From Octopus vulgaris (taxonomy: Eukaryota): a DNA stretch of 64,000 bases. The DNA is taken from the NCBI GenBank assembly GCA_951406725.2, contig OX597828.1:30194001-30258000 (forward strand). The letters run 5' to 3'. A model generated the notes under the pieces. That model searched no databases, had not been told where the DNA came from, and was given only the letters and a program-made list of their open reading frames with translations. This document shows positions 43,754-57,471 of this stretch, piece by piece (the stretch's first letter is position 1; each line of letters starts with the position of its first letter). The position numbers and the translations under genes were made by a program.

Positions 43754-44426
43754 GGGAAAGAGAGAGGGAGATAAACGTCCATGGTGTGGGAGGGGGAACG
43801 TAATAATTTTAGCAGAGTGGTAATGTTTTGGCGGGGAGCAAAAAGAAAAGCAGAGAGGGGAGCGAGACAAAGAGAACTGATGGAGAGAAAGAGGGAGAGA
43901 AGGGAATGAGAAAGGGAAGGGAGAGATGATGATGGGTATGGCAATGTTGGAGGAGGAGGCGGTGGCGATTGGATAATGAAAAGTGCAGTTTTTAAAGACA
44001 TTGAATTAAATTGTTTTATATCAATTATCCCTTAACGCATGCGTCTAAGCGCAATTCCGTTAAATATTCGCGCTCGTTTACGTGGCAGATATACGCAATT
44101 TGACTAGATATTGTATCATAGCTATGGGATAATATTTTTGTTTGTTTATGGGGAAAATGGGAAAATAAGAGCGAATATTTTTTTAATGAGTGCTGTGCAT
44201 TCATTTATATAAAATTGTGCATAAACTATATAAAGTGTCTATATTAATTGCATTGAGTAATCACCGTATTCCAATTTCTTTCACATTTCAATGAGTAGCA
44301 GATGAGTGACCATCTTTCCGTACAGATACAAAACAACCTATGCTTTCAGGATTTTGGGATAATTTTTTCAAAATTAAACCAATAGGCTTACTATCAATTC
44401 CGTGAAATATTTGCGGGCCCCGCTAG
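43644..44426 (+). mobile_element. Putative non-autonomous Helitron-like element
   Basis: The 3' end has a hairpin CCGTGAA-ATA-TTTGCGG (44400-44416) followed by GCCCCG-CTAG|T. The candidate 5' TC start at 43644 is weak. Confidence 0.42.
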
Positions 44427-44463
44427 TATTCTAATAGTACTTTTATGTTTTCCTAATATTACA

Positions 44464-44849
44464 GTCGGCCCAGTGGTTAGGGCAGCGGACTCGCGGTCGT
44501 AGGATCGCGGTTTCGATTCCCAGACCAGGCATTGTGAGTGTTTATTGAGCGAAAACACCTGAAGCTTCACAAGGCTCCTGCAGGGGGTGGGGGTGGGGGT
44601 GAACCCTGCTGTACTCTTTCACCACAACTTTCTCTCACTCTTTCTTCCTGTTTCTGTTGTACCTGTATTTCAAAGGGCCAGCCTTGTCACACTCTGTGTC
44701 ACGCTGAATCTCCTCGAGAACTACGTTAAGGGCACACGTGTCTGTGGAATGCTCAGCCACGTGCACGTTAATTCCACGAGCACGCTGTTCCGTTGATCGT
44801 ATCAGCTGGGACCCTCATCGTCGTAACCGACGGAGTGCTCCTAAAAAAA
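44464..44849 (+). mobile_element. tRNA-derived SINE
   Basis: A-box-like CGGCCCAGTGG and B-box-like GTTTCGATTCC in a tRNA-like head, then a ~300-bp GC-richer body and an A-rich end. Confidence 0.8.
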
Positions 44850-45483
44850 CAGTCGTATCGGAATACTACTAAGGCGGTGACCATATTTTCAAGAGCATTA
44901 ACGTCGTACTGGAAAAGAACTGACGTGTAACTGAATGTTTTAGGAAGAAACATGAAACATGCTACCAGGCTATGCAAGTTGGGAGTGATGGCTAATTGAA
45001 CTTATACGTTGTCTAAAATATAAATTCCAATAGTAAATAAGGAGAAGAACGTAAAGCATTTGTTTCTCTGATGAATATCCAATTTTTTTATAATGCATGA
45101 ATTCGTGAAAAGCTCCATTAATGGCGAAGTATAGAATCGATCGAGGTTGAGGTTTATTGTGATAGGTAACTGATTGTTTCTGGCATTACCTGTTCACCAA
45201 GGACAGAAAAAGGTGATCTTAATGGATTCATTCCTAATCAAGTTTAAATTCATTGCTTTGGAAAACATCAGTGCTGTAGAGTTGATAAGAATTTTGTTGA
45301 CTGGTAGATTTATTTCATATTCCTATCTCATATAGAAGCACGTGATAAGAGTATACATTAAGGAGCTTTAATAAAAAAACTTAACAACGAGCGATCGTGC
45401 AAAATGCTATCGAGAGGAGTCTTGTAGCTAGGCTTTATTTCGAATTATCGCATTTGTGTTGATGGGGAAAAGGAACGATGGGA

Positions 45484-45502
45484 ATATATATATATATATA
45501 TA

Positions 45503-45573
<71 letters not shown>

Positions 45574-45785
45574 TTTCTTCTGTTGTCCTGCTCGCTTAGC
45601 CAGTGGGGTGGCGTCATTTGAAGGCTTGAACAATGCGAAGCGCATTGTGACCAGCGATGTGTAACAACATCTGATAGCCTGGTCGGTCACGGTGATCACG
45701 GTGATATGCATATGCATATATATATATATATATACATATATATACATATATATATGTATGTATGTATGTATATGTATATATACAC

Positions 45786-45880
<95 letters not shown>
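45484..45880. repeat. Microsatellite cluster (TA/TATG/CA/TG) enclosing a ~135-bp interspersed-repeat fragment (45572-45705) that ends in (CACGGTGAT)2
   Basis: Read directly. The identity of the enclosed fragment as a SINE/LINE 3' end is inferred from its tandem tail. Confidence 0.7.
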
Positions 45881-45881
<1 letters not shown>

Positions 45882-46029
45882 TGTGTGTCTGTATGTGAAT
45901 GTATATATTTATATATATTTATGAGTGTGCGTGGGTGTGCTTGTGTGTTTGATTTATTGCAGAATAAAAAAGAATTTTACATTCAGTTGAGGGATCTATG
46001 ACGGAATACACATTTATTTTTCTTTAACA

Positions 46030-46338
46030 GGAGTAGCATCCAACCAAAATGCAAATATATGGGAAACTACCACCTGTGTCATCTCTTGTGAAAGGTAGGA
46101 GAGTCCAGTTTGCTGGACATTGTTGTAGACCTGAAAAAGAAGTAATTTCTACTCTTCTCCTCTGGAAGCCATCTACTCGTAATACCAGAGGGAGCACACT
46201 CTCCTACCCTGATGTAATCTCCAGGGATACAGGCATCCAGCAACAGGACGTCCGTAATGCCATGATGGACCGTGAAGTCTGGCGTAGCATGGTAAATTCC
46301 ATTGTCTCGACCACGGTCGAACAATGATTATGACGATG
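46030..46338 (+). mobile_element. 3' end of an RTE-clade LINE
   Basis: Peptide IYGKLPPVSSLVKGRRVQFAGHC.R...LLLWKP...RG...Y.D...D...DREVWRSMV is the RTE C-terminal signature, followed by an (ATG)n-like tail. Confidence 0.85.
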
Positions 46339-46646
46339 TTAGTGACATCGAAATTTTGGTCAACCAAGTCATTATTGGACAGTCCGATGTCGGGTTACCA
46401 GTGGCAGTTGGATGTTGTTTACGTCCTACTAATCTTAAGATGTCGAGAGATGTGTAATAACTCGATTTAATGGCGGAACAAGACTTATCATGGAAACATA
46501 CCCATTATGTTCAGGGATGAGGGCTCTTGTGCCAAGGGTAAACTTTGTGTTTTAGCCGTTGAAGCTTTTCTAACCCAGTAAACTACATGCTGTAATTGAA
46601 AGCTTTATCGTTATATTGAGATCCACTGATGAAACGTTATCATTAT

Positions 46647-46808
<162 letters not shown>

Positions 46809-48391
46809 GCCCCTGATGTCTTAGCGGCGATAAACGAAATAAAACACAATTCAGCAGTAGGCCCCGATAGGTTCCCTGCTTGTGTCCTGAAGGTGTGTCG
46901 ACACCAACTTGCATCTCCCCTTGCTAATCTGTGGAGAAACTCACTGGATGCTGGCTATATTCCAAAAAACCTTCTGTCCCAGTCTGTTGTCCCAGTTTTC
47001 AAAAAGGGAAACAAGTCCCTTGCAGTGAACTACCGTCCGATCTCACTCACCTCTCATATCATCAAGGTATTTGAGAGGGTGGTGAGATCTCGAATAACCC
47101 AATTTCTGGAAAGCAACGGACGGCTGATCTCTAACCAACATGGGTTCCGTAATGGAAGGGACTGCCTAACGCAGCTCCTGCATCACTTTGATGACATTTT
47201 GAGAGCTTTGGGAGAGGGCTCCAACACCGATGTCATCTACCTTGATTTCAGTAAGGCCTTCGACAGGGTCGATCACAAGATCCTATTGAAAAAACTATCC
47301 AACATTGGTGTCTCTGGAAAGTTACTGAAATGGATCAAGTGTTTTCTGACAGACAGATCTCAACATGTTGTAGTTGAAGGGGTAAAATCAAGCCCAGCCA
47401 AAGTCAGTAGTGGCGTTCCGCAAGGCACTGTGCTGGGCCCACTTCTTTTCATCATTTACATTAATGACATTAATGACATCATCAAGCACAGCAACATAAA
47501 TTCTTTGCAGATGATTCCAAGCTACAGAAGGTCATAAATGAGGCGAGTGACCGGACATGCCTTCAGTCAGATCTACTGGCTGTTATCCAATGGGCAGAAA
47601 AAAACAATATGCTGCTGAACGAGGATAAATTTGAATTAATCCACTTTGGAAATGAGGATGCCCTGAAACTCCCATACTCCCTTCCTTCAGGTGAAACTCT
47701 CGCGGCGTCCAACAACATCAGAGACTTGGGAGTAATTGTGGACAACAACATAAGCTGGGCCACTCATATAAACACCAAAGTTGACATGGCCCGCAGAATG
47801 TGTTCCTGGATTCTCAGAACTTTCCAGTCGAGAGATATCCACACCATTATCCTTCTCTTCTCCACTTTTGCCCGACCCCACCTTGAATACTGTTGTCCAC
47901 TGTGGTCTCCCCACACAATACAAGGTATCATAAAAGTTGAAGCACCTCAAAGGGCAATCACAAAAAAGATAGATGGCATGACAGGCCTCGACTATTGGGG
48001 TCGACTAGAAAAGCTAAAACTCTATTCTCTCCAACGTCGTCGTGAGCGCTACATCATCTGCATGATGTGGAAAATATTCCATCAGCATTGCCCAAATGAT
48101 GTTGGCATCACCTTTAAGGTACATCCAAGGCTTGGGCCCCGTGCCATCCGCCCAAAACAAAAATCGCACTCTCATCGCATAACAACAATACGGCACAATT
48201 ATTTCACCTCAATTGGCCCCGCTCTCTTTAACATTACACCAAAACACATTAAAAAAGAAACTAACCCTATAGGGTTCAAGAAGTCTTTGGACAGATTCCT
48301 TCAAGAAATCCCGGATAAACCCCCTACACCCGGATATGTCTCTGTAAACAATAACTCTCTACTTGAGTGGGCCATAGTGCCCAAATTCTGA
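46809..48391 (+). pseudogene. LINE ORF2 reverse transcriptase and C-terminal domain, with one frameshift at ~47,500
   Basis: Motifs GPD, NYRPISLTS, QHGFR, YLDFSKAFDRV and GVPQGTVLGPLLF. FADD (47504-47515) is in the frame of ORF 47609-48391. Also RDLGV, RPHLEY...WSP and LYSLQRRRER. Confidence 0.93.
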
Positions 48392-48483
48392 CTTGAAAGA
48401 CTTCACCAGGTGGTGCTATTAAGTTAGACATGGCCTGGGCCAATAATGGCCGAAACCTATCAAAGTATCAAAGTATCAAAGTA
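46809..48483 (+). mobile_element. 5'-truncated CR1-group non-LTR retrotransposon with an 8-bp (TATCAAAG)3 tail
   Basis: RT coding region, ~65-bp 3' UTR with a GGCCA/TGGCC hairpin, and tandem tail at 48458-48481. Confidence 0.92.
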
Positions 48484-48554
<71 letters not shown>

Positions 48555-48639
48555 ATACACACACACACAACCGTCCATAAAATAAGTACCTGGTAAGTAC
48601 TGGATTCGAAGTAATTGACTTGTTCAATCCTCCGAGGGT

Positions 48640-48798
48640 TGAAGTCGATTACATCAACTAGTAATAATTTTATAGACCCCGAATATATGAGAAACAAAAG
48701 CGACTCTACAAGAGTTTGAAAGTTGACTGTATAGACGGACGAAATGCTGCGAAGCATTTTGCCCTCCGTTGTAAATGTCCTGCCAGCTCGCCGCCTTC
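48640..48798 (-). mobile_element. Degenerate interspersed repeat (SINE-like)
   Basis: Similar to 58220-58390 (GACGAAAT.CTGC.AA..ATTTTGC...CCAG..CGC.GCC). Confidence 0.5.
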
Positions 48799-49358
48799 AT
48801 TCTTTATACGGTGAATTATACTATGTTTATATACCAGGTAATCTATTACTGTGTCAGAGAAAAACATCTCCCTCAGTTTGATTAATTTCGTAGTGGGGAT
48901 GAGGGTGGCATATCCATGCAGTGCGCCTTTCATATCCAATTGACCCTAAAATCCACAATGCATGCCAGACCAACACCTTTCATTTCATTCGATGTTTGTT
49001 AGATGAGTATAATATACGTAACTGTGTATGTACGAGAATTAAAGAAGACATGGTGTATTCAACAAAACCGGTAAATGCACAATGCGAAGTGAATGAGGAA
49101 AAAATTGTTATGACTTGCTTAGTATGCTTCTATAATATATAGTACTGCCAGACGAAGACATATATTTGCCTACAAAGTGTTAAGCTCCATGGAACACTGA
49201 AGTATATAATGTAATATAAAAATAATGTTGTTTATATACCGTTACATTCACTTTGCTACTGGAGCGGAATACTATCGCTGACCAGTCTTTGGTATACGAG
49301 ACAAGAAATTTTATTTCTTCATCACTCTCACAAAATAAATCAAAGGTGGTTATAACAT

Positions 49359-49450
<92 letters not shown>

Positions 49451-49579
49451 AGTGTGTGTGTGCGTGTGTGTGCGTTTTAAATGTTCGTCATTATAAATAC
49501 CCAGTTTTAAATGATTTCGTTTCAATACAGAATCTCAGATTTAAATCACTTATCTGTGATTCATGTATTTTATCTATTG

Positions 49580-49870
49580 CTTCTTTCAGCCATTGGATAG
49601 CGACCATGCTGGTGCACCGCATTGCAGGGCTTCAGTCGAAGAAATCGAACTCCATGTATATTTCTTGAAGTCTGACACTTCTTTTAAAGGTGTCTTTTTC
49701 TTAAAGCGGACGTAAATAGACCAGCCCCGTTTCTAAGCTTTGAGGGAAATAGACACCGTCTAAAAGACACGCATGCACATATACACACACATACACATAT
49801 ACACACATATACTGGTACATACGACAGGATTCTTTCAGTTTCCCTCTAACAAAACTACTCACAGGGCTTT
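49580..49870 (-). mobile_element. Degenerate SINE of the family at 59400-59533
   Basis: TTTCAGCCATTGGATAGCGACCATGCTGGTGCACCGC aligns with TTTCAGTCATTTGACTGTGGCCATGCTGAAGCATCGC. Confidence 0.55.
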
Positions 49871-49935
49871 AGTTTTTCAGAGTCAATAATCGTAGATACT
49901 TGTACAAGTTACCATATTGTGAAACTATTCCTGTA

Positions 49936-50279
49936 CAGTAGAACCTCGCTGTATGAGTGCCTCATTGTACGAGTAATTTACTGTACTGGTCGAGTCTCAT
50001 GCAAATTTTTGTCTTGAGGTTGGGCGGAAATCCGCAGTACGGGCACACAAATCGTCCCATCTTTAAGTTATTTCAGTTAAACATAACCATTTTACATATT
50101 TCTTTCGCATTCTCTTCTTTATAATTGTCATTTTACTTTTTGAGTTGGTTTTAATGGGCTGGAACGGATTAATTACATTTTAGTTAATTTCATTGAGGCT
50201 AGTTGATAAGTAAAACGAGTAAATAGTAAGATAAGCTCGTTCAGTGTACGAATTAAACTCGTACTGCGAGGTATCATTG
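49936..50279. mobile_element. pogo/Tigger-like MITE
   Basis: TIRs CAGTAGAACCTCGCTGTATGAGT and rc CAATGATACCTCGCAGTACGAGT, flanked by TA on both sides, with no ORF. Confidence 0.8.
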
Positions 50280-51581
50280 TACGTATATTTAATAAATTTC
50301 AAGTGCGAAACCTTTAGAACATTACAAAGTTAATCCCAGTGCGCGTTATAGATCTCGCTATATTCTTAATGATAATAGTATATTGTAAATGTTAACGAAA
50401 TATTTTGTTTTCTCACTGTCTTTACTTTGCATCTAGAATATTATTTATAACAATTGCATTAAAATCGAATGAGATTACTATCTCATTGTTTCATGTGTTA
50501 TATAGAGGGAGAAGTATACTTTCCAGCGTTTTCCTTATCTATTATACCTTTGTACGCTGTAACTCAAGGAAGATATAACTTATTTGTAGCATCACGTGCA
50601 CGTATATGGAGTGTTGTATTCAGAGTAAATTGCAAAGCATCAAGTGTGTTGTAAATATGTGTGTACGTGTATGTGCATGCACACGCACACACGACCCACA
50701 CACAAACACACACACATACACAGAAACATATACATATATAGTCAATTAAAATAACAAAGAGAAAAATAAAAAGAAACAAACGAACGTGTGGATGTAGCAC
50801 AAGCAATGTATTAATAAAACATTCAAAGAAGGAAAAGAGTAGTAGTTTTACATTTTGCGCATAGCTCTTCATCGGAAACAGGCAAAACAAGAAGTTCCAA
50901 CACGGAGGAAAAATATCATAAACAATCACGTGCGGTTACAATTTTAAAGTGACTGGAAGTAGAAGGAATGAACAGAAAGTGCTTTCTGGCACAGGAGACT
51001 GTGAAAGTGTCCAGTATATGTGAATGTGTATGTATGTGCTTGTGTGGTAGCGTCTATCTGTATGGTAGCGTGTGTGTGTGATAGTAGCTGCGTGTGTGTA
51101 TGAGTGGCAGCGTGTGGGCGTGTGGTGGTAATTCTGTGTGTGTGTGTGAGTGGTAGCGTGTGTGCGTGCGGTGCAGTAGGTAAATTTTTATTTCTTGCCG
51201 ATAATAACTACGCTTATGTGGTGGATTTGAAATACTATAATGTAGATAGATGGAATATGTGTGTCTTGAATGTTCGACAAGTATACATTAATCATATTAC
51301 CTATGATGATGAAGACACGGATGGCAAATTATTTTATTAGTTCACTAATTTTGAATCCTAGGTATATAGCTAACTATCGGAAATGTTTTCATTTTTCATC
51401 CCATTCAAAATTCCTCTTATCCAAGGTTTGAGTTTTAACTGCCCTTCTTATCATACAAGGTATCCTCTTAAGTTCACCGTTTTTGTGTATAGAAGTGAAC
51501 ACTAATTTTATATGATAAATATGTTGTTTATTGACTTTATTATGCATACCAGCCACTGGTAGAAAAATGTCTCTAAATTTT

Positions 51582-51586
<5 letters not shown>

Positions 51587-51677
<91 letters not shown>
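51587..51677. repeat. (TA)n microsatellite
   Basis: Read directly. Confidence 0.95.
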
Positions 51678-51679
<2 letters not shown>

Positions 51680-54600
51680 TCAGCAGTTCACATACTCGAA
51701 AAGGTTGCACACTATAAGACATTATATCAGTTAAATTTAGATGGCTATTTGTTGTGGCTGGTCAGAGAGTGACCATTTTCGGATCTATATAGCACTCAGC
51801 CGTATAGGAAACTCTAGAGACTCAAATGGCCGGAGGATCATAATATCCATACAACTAGAGGGACGAAAACGTGATGGTCAGTTAATTTCGTAAACAAAAT
51901 CTCAGAACGAAACTCTACGGCCACAAATTTGGCCGAGGTGGAGTTATATCCCTTAGATGAGTTCGAGTTATGTCCATGGCCCTTGCTGAAGATGTCTATA
52001 GGTGGTAGCATTTCCCTAGTGGGAAAGTAGCGAATTGCTCTGATGAAGACACCGGCTAAACATTTCGCTTTGGGATTTTAAAATTCTACCCAGATCAAGC
52101 GGGTTTCTCAGTATTTCGCTCCTTCGGCGTAGCAAAGTTTATATCGTTGCTGCTGTCTAGGAATCTCTAGTTAATTATGTATGGCATATCATCTCCATTT
52201 AAAATCCATAAGAAGCTGGCCAGGGACAAGATGTTGCGCCCCTACGATATCATAAAAGAGGACTTGTCATTGCTAAGATGGTGGTTGAATAGCCTGCCTG
52301 CCTGAATCTATCGAATTACCTAATCAGCTAAGTGCTTTATAAGTGTAAAGCTCATGTTCACTCTCTGACCAGCTATAAAAAATAAACCTCATGTGTGTGC
52401 ATGTGCATGCTGCTCGCGCGACTATGTATACACATACAATCTCACAATGTGTGCAAAATTATATTTGACGTCTTCCCGTATACATAATCTAAGTTCTGAT
52501 TCGGGTAGGAAAGTATCGCACAACATTTAATATCGCTTTGTAGGCTTTAAAAACAAAATATATATTTACAACGTATTTTTCGGAAACCAAAATATATAAA
52601 ATTAAAATCGATTTTTATCAGTTACGTAGACCAGAAAAATACCTTTGAACTAAATAATATTGAACCAAATAACACGACATTACTGCGAACATCTATCCTA
52701 TGTGCACGGAATTTCCGCATGGAGAGCAACCGAATTATAAAAGCGTATAACACCTTCCTGAAGGACATATTACATATGCATCAGTAAATATTACGGGTGT
52801 AGCTATATCATTATCTTGTTAGTAAATCCAATTCATATCAGAAGACACTTTTCTGAGTGATGTATCTATAAAGGAAACACGCTTGAAAATATCTTTTAGA
52901 AATACCTGAATATATTGCATCTTGTATACACAACTTTGAATTATATAGGCCTGATAGAGAAGCTATCGCGATTTTACTTGACTGACAGGAAATCAAAATT
53001 ACCTCATTACTTACATGGTTCTTCTTTCACATGTCCGAACAAGCAATGTTCATTTTCATGCATTTGTGTCTGTTTAACATATAACTTATATTAAAAGAAT
53101 CATTGATTTTTCTTGGGTAGACGAACATTTTCATTTTATAAACATCACTGCTTCCACATTTGTTATTTTGATATATGATCCTTAAATTTCTACAACTATC
53201 ACCTCTGCCTGACCTCTCTTACTTCAATATTTCCCACTTTATATTGCCATAACAATAGCTTTCTCACACATCTTCCGAGCTTTTCCGTTATCAACAAAGT
53301 TTCTTGCCGTAGTTACAGTCACTATATCCTTTCGCTTTCTCACGATGTAAAAGTCTTTACTTTATTTATGAACTTTTTGAACCACGAGTCAATACAATAT
53401 ATATTGACCTGTATTGAAGAGAGATCTCTGTGATCGATGGATTAATCTTGAATGTTAATTCAAACAGATATCTTTCCTGAAGTGTTTTTAGTGTGTTCCA
53501 TTTAAGATCTGATATCAGTAATTATAAAAAGAGGATCATTGTTGCTGGTTAATTTAGGATATGTTGTTTCTTTACTACTGATACTTTTACGATTTTTGTC
53601 TATATTTTTGTTCGCTAGGATTAACAAGGAAAATAGTGTCGTTACCTTTGTTAGTTTATAAAACTAACCCTTTATGTTAATATTTATACTGGAAAGAGAG
53701 CCTGTGTCTATATCCATATCAGTCAGTCTGGGAATTGTGACGATTGTATATCTGCCATTCCGGTTCATCATTTACAAATAAACAGTTGCAGGAAAAACGT
53801 GTCAAGAAGGAAACTTAGGTTAGACGTTCTTAGGAGAAACGTCTCTACGTAATAGTTAATGTGAATATAGGATATGAGCATAACATGAGCAAAAGATGGA
53901 AAGGGAAGAAAATCAATGGTCTCTGAATTGAGCATCAGGCTATTTCGAGTAACAGAGTAAAACAATTGAGGGAGGAGAAAGTTTTTTGTGTGCTAAATAG
54001 CAGTCAGAATGCGATGGGGAGCAGCTTAAACTGAATAAGTGGAGAGGAATTTTATATTTGGATGTTCAACAGCACAGTCCTCACCGTGGATCTTACTTCA
54101 GCTTTGTACTGATTTAGTATTTGTTAGAATCTAAAAAAAGATGGCTATGTGGAAAATTATCTAGGGAGATCATGAGTAAGGAGAACTTATCACAAAAACG
54201 CAACCTTCCCCGTTCTAGTTGTACGTTGATCATTTTTAGTAGGACCTATGGTGTTTCCATGATAAATGAACTGATTTTATGCTTTTGCGGGTACAACATT
54301 GAAAGAAGTTTCTCAAGTTATGGTTAACGAACTCAGTGCCAACAAGGTTTGTCTGTGAACTCTACTCGTAACTAATGTTCAAGATACTAAAGTTTTTGAA
54401 GGAATTAAAGGTCGTACAATCTACATGGGAATGGCATCGTTGGAAGTAACAGCAAGTATGTCTTTATATATGTTGCGTCGACTCCCCCAGACAATGAAAT
54501 AGACTAGCCCAATACGTATATGTAGAGGGAGAAGTCTAGACGTCGTAGAGTAGCAGTGGAAGACTAGAACAGAGCAGAGAGTCGAAGAGTTGAGTAGAGC

Positions 54601-55702
54601 AGAGTAGAGTTGAAGGTATCCGAACGTGCGACATAACAGTATAGTAGAAAAAGTGTAGAGGAGAAACAAATGATAGTGACAGGAATTGATATTTTTTTTC
54701 AATTATAACTTTCTTAGTAAGCATTGCGATTGAGCAATCTGACAAGAATGAACCTCCTGTTAAGCTTATGGAAAATTGTAATTATTTCTGGTAGGGATAA
54801 ATTTATTTTTTGGTCGAAACGTTGTGGTTGCTTGTTTACGCATGTCACTCATCCATCAAGCGTACCCGTGTTTATGTTTTCTTTAGGTATAGTGCAACTA
54901 GGATCTAGTGTGTACTTACTTTTCATGACGGTGCAACGATCACACAGATGTTCCATCCCTCATCGGAACATTCTGGTATTGTTTACCAGTAAACATTTTC
55001 AGCAGTATAAAGGAAAACGATATAAGAATTATAATGCATGTGAGGTAATACGTTATACTATCCACGAGCACAATGTTCGAAAATCAGTTTGCATCATTGC
55101 ATATGAAGGAACTCTAAGTGGGCACTTGACCCGCTCGAATTAGCAGCCAAATCACCCTAAAAAAGTAACACTACTGTCTTTAATAGGAATGGCATTTTAG
55201 ATCAGCTGAAATGCAGAAGTTAAATGCATTATAATTGGAGAAGAATTATAATGGAATAGTATCCACAAGAACGACTCTCATGAAAGATTTACTCAATTAA
55301 AATTGTCCTGGGGTTAAACAATATCAATATCACTATTACCGTTACCGCTATCAAGTTAAACACGAATGGCGAAATCAGAATAGCAACATTGTAGATATTA
55401 TTTGGAGAAGCAAATTGAATGTCTAAGCATATTAAGCTGTTATAGTGTAATTAGTTTGTCATTATAGGAATTATATTCAGTGAATGCCACATAAGTAAAT
55501 AAAAACAACGTAATTGCATTTTTTTAAAACAAACCTTATTAGATCTTTATATAATAATAATAAATTGTGAAAATTCTTCACCTTTTATACACATAATGAT
55601 ATTAAATGAGATTATTGCATTGAATAAAGGCATTTAATGACTCATTATTTTCAGAAGAGCTCTTAAAATGTATTAACGCACAGAATATTTTCACAACTGA
55701 TT

Positions 55703-55890
55703 ATACATACATACATGCATACATACATACATACATACATACATACATACATACATACATACATACATACATACATACATACATACATGCGCACACACAC
55801 ACATACATACATACATACATACATACATACATACATACATACATACATACACACACACACATATATATATATATATTTGTATGTATGTAC

Positions 55891-55939
<49 letters not shown>

Positions 55940-55940
55940 T
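55703..55940. repeat. (CATA)n/(CA)/(TA)/(GA) compound microsatellite
   Basis: Read directly. Confidence 0.95.
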
Positions 55941-56889
55941 GCGTAAGCACACATACAGGCACTCAAACACTCGTCTACATGTAATGTATACTTATTTACA
56001 GTGTTCTCTGGTGAAAATCTATCTACCTACCTACCTGCCTACCCACACTCCTACCTACCTCCCTACCTACCTTACATAACTACTTAACATAAGTACGTCC
56101 TTATTTCATATACACATACGCAAGTACTTACCTACATACATATATGACCACATCCTCTGACAATATCTCATGAACTTTTCAAATACATATAATTACAAAC
56201 CATTTATGTTTTATAATTTATATTTTATGTGTAGTTATACATATTTAAGTAGTAATTTCATAAATAAATATATATAGTTATATATGTTATTAGCAGCTAA
56301 CAGGAAGTATTTTCGACAATATACACGCCAAAAATATTTATATAAGAAAGTAAAGAATTGGGTTGTGAATAAAATATAATTTCGCAAAATTATTCATATT
56401 AGTTAGTTTTAATTTTTGCTTCATCTTTGACATAATGTTGAAAATGATAGTGAAATTTGTCGTACGTCGATGATGTAGCTTAGGACTATGATACTAGCGA
56501 CTCCAGTGACGATTACTGGCGTAGAGGAACTTTTAATATTCATACAGGCTGTGTATACCTCAATGAGGTGAATTTACATCCCATTTTCATTCAGAATCAA
56601 TTTATAAATTGCTAATATTTAAATTTTCAATATAAGAATGAAGTTGATCTGTAATCATAGAAGAAATAAGAGCTATATATTGCTCGTTGTCATTTTTCGA
56701 ATTAATCAGTGGTGCATTCTTGTCAATACAAAATAAATTTTAAAAAAGACACCCCCACCTGTTTTTTAGATAACGTTTCGGCATGACTATAGGTTTAAGT
56801 ATTTATATATATATATTTCGTTTGCCAATATATTCCCAAAGTTGTAGAATCATACCTAAGAAATAAATATTTCTAAGCATATGCCATCT

Positions 56890-57245
56890 AAAATGTTGAA
56901 CGTTTCAAATACATTACTTTATATCAAGAGAATATTAAGAAATGGATGAATTATATCAGAAAGGAATCGAGGTTATGGAATATTCAAAATATATTCCCAT
57001 CTTACAGTAGAATATTAAGAAATGGATGGATAATATAATAGAAATCAATTGAAAATACGAGTTTCCAATGCATATATATTTCTTTTTTGTCAGAAGAATA
57101 TTAAGAAAGGTTTGAATTATAACATGGCAATATAAATTATGAAAGTTTTGAAATACATTCTTATTTTTCAGAAGAATATTAAGAAATGGTTGAATTATGA
57201 GAATTAGGATTGGAAATTAGGAACATTTTTGAAATACCTACTTCC
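56890..57245. repeat. Diverged ~80-bp tandem repeat, about 4 copies
   Basis: Core GAATATTAAGAAA.GG.TGAATTAT at 56930, 57010, 57096 and 57174. Confidence 0.8.
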
Positions 57246-57432
57246 AATTTTGATAATTTCTATTTTACGGAAATAAGTATTCGCTATCTATAAGACGGCA
57301 GAGAAAGCGGTTTTATACAAAATCCCAATTATTTGTTAGAATGAATGAACATCTTGAGTATGAACTAGAATTTTGAGTATATATATATACATACATACAA
57401 ACACACATGCCTGCATGCATACATACATACAT

Positions 57433-57471
<39 letters not shown>

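Noticed and set aside
44464-44530. tRNA gene
   Set aside because: It has A and B boxes but no convincing acceptor stem, and it runs into a SINE body.
53050-54550. Possible very old LINE remnants
   Set aside because: No diagnostic motif could be reconstructed with confidence. A profile search would be needed.
56890-57245. CRISPR-like repeat-spacer pattern
   Set aside because: The 'spacers' are mutually similar and the repeats vary. It is a diverged minisatellite.
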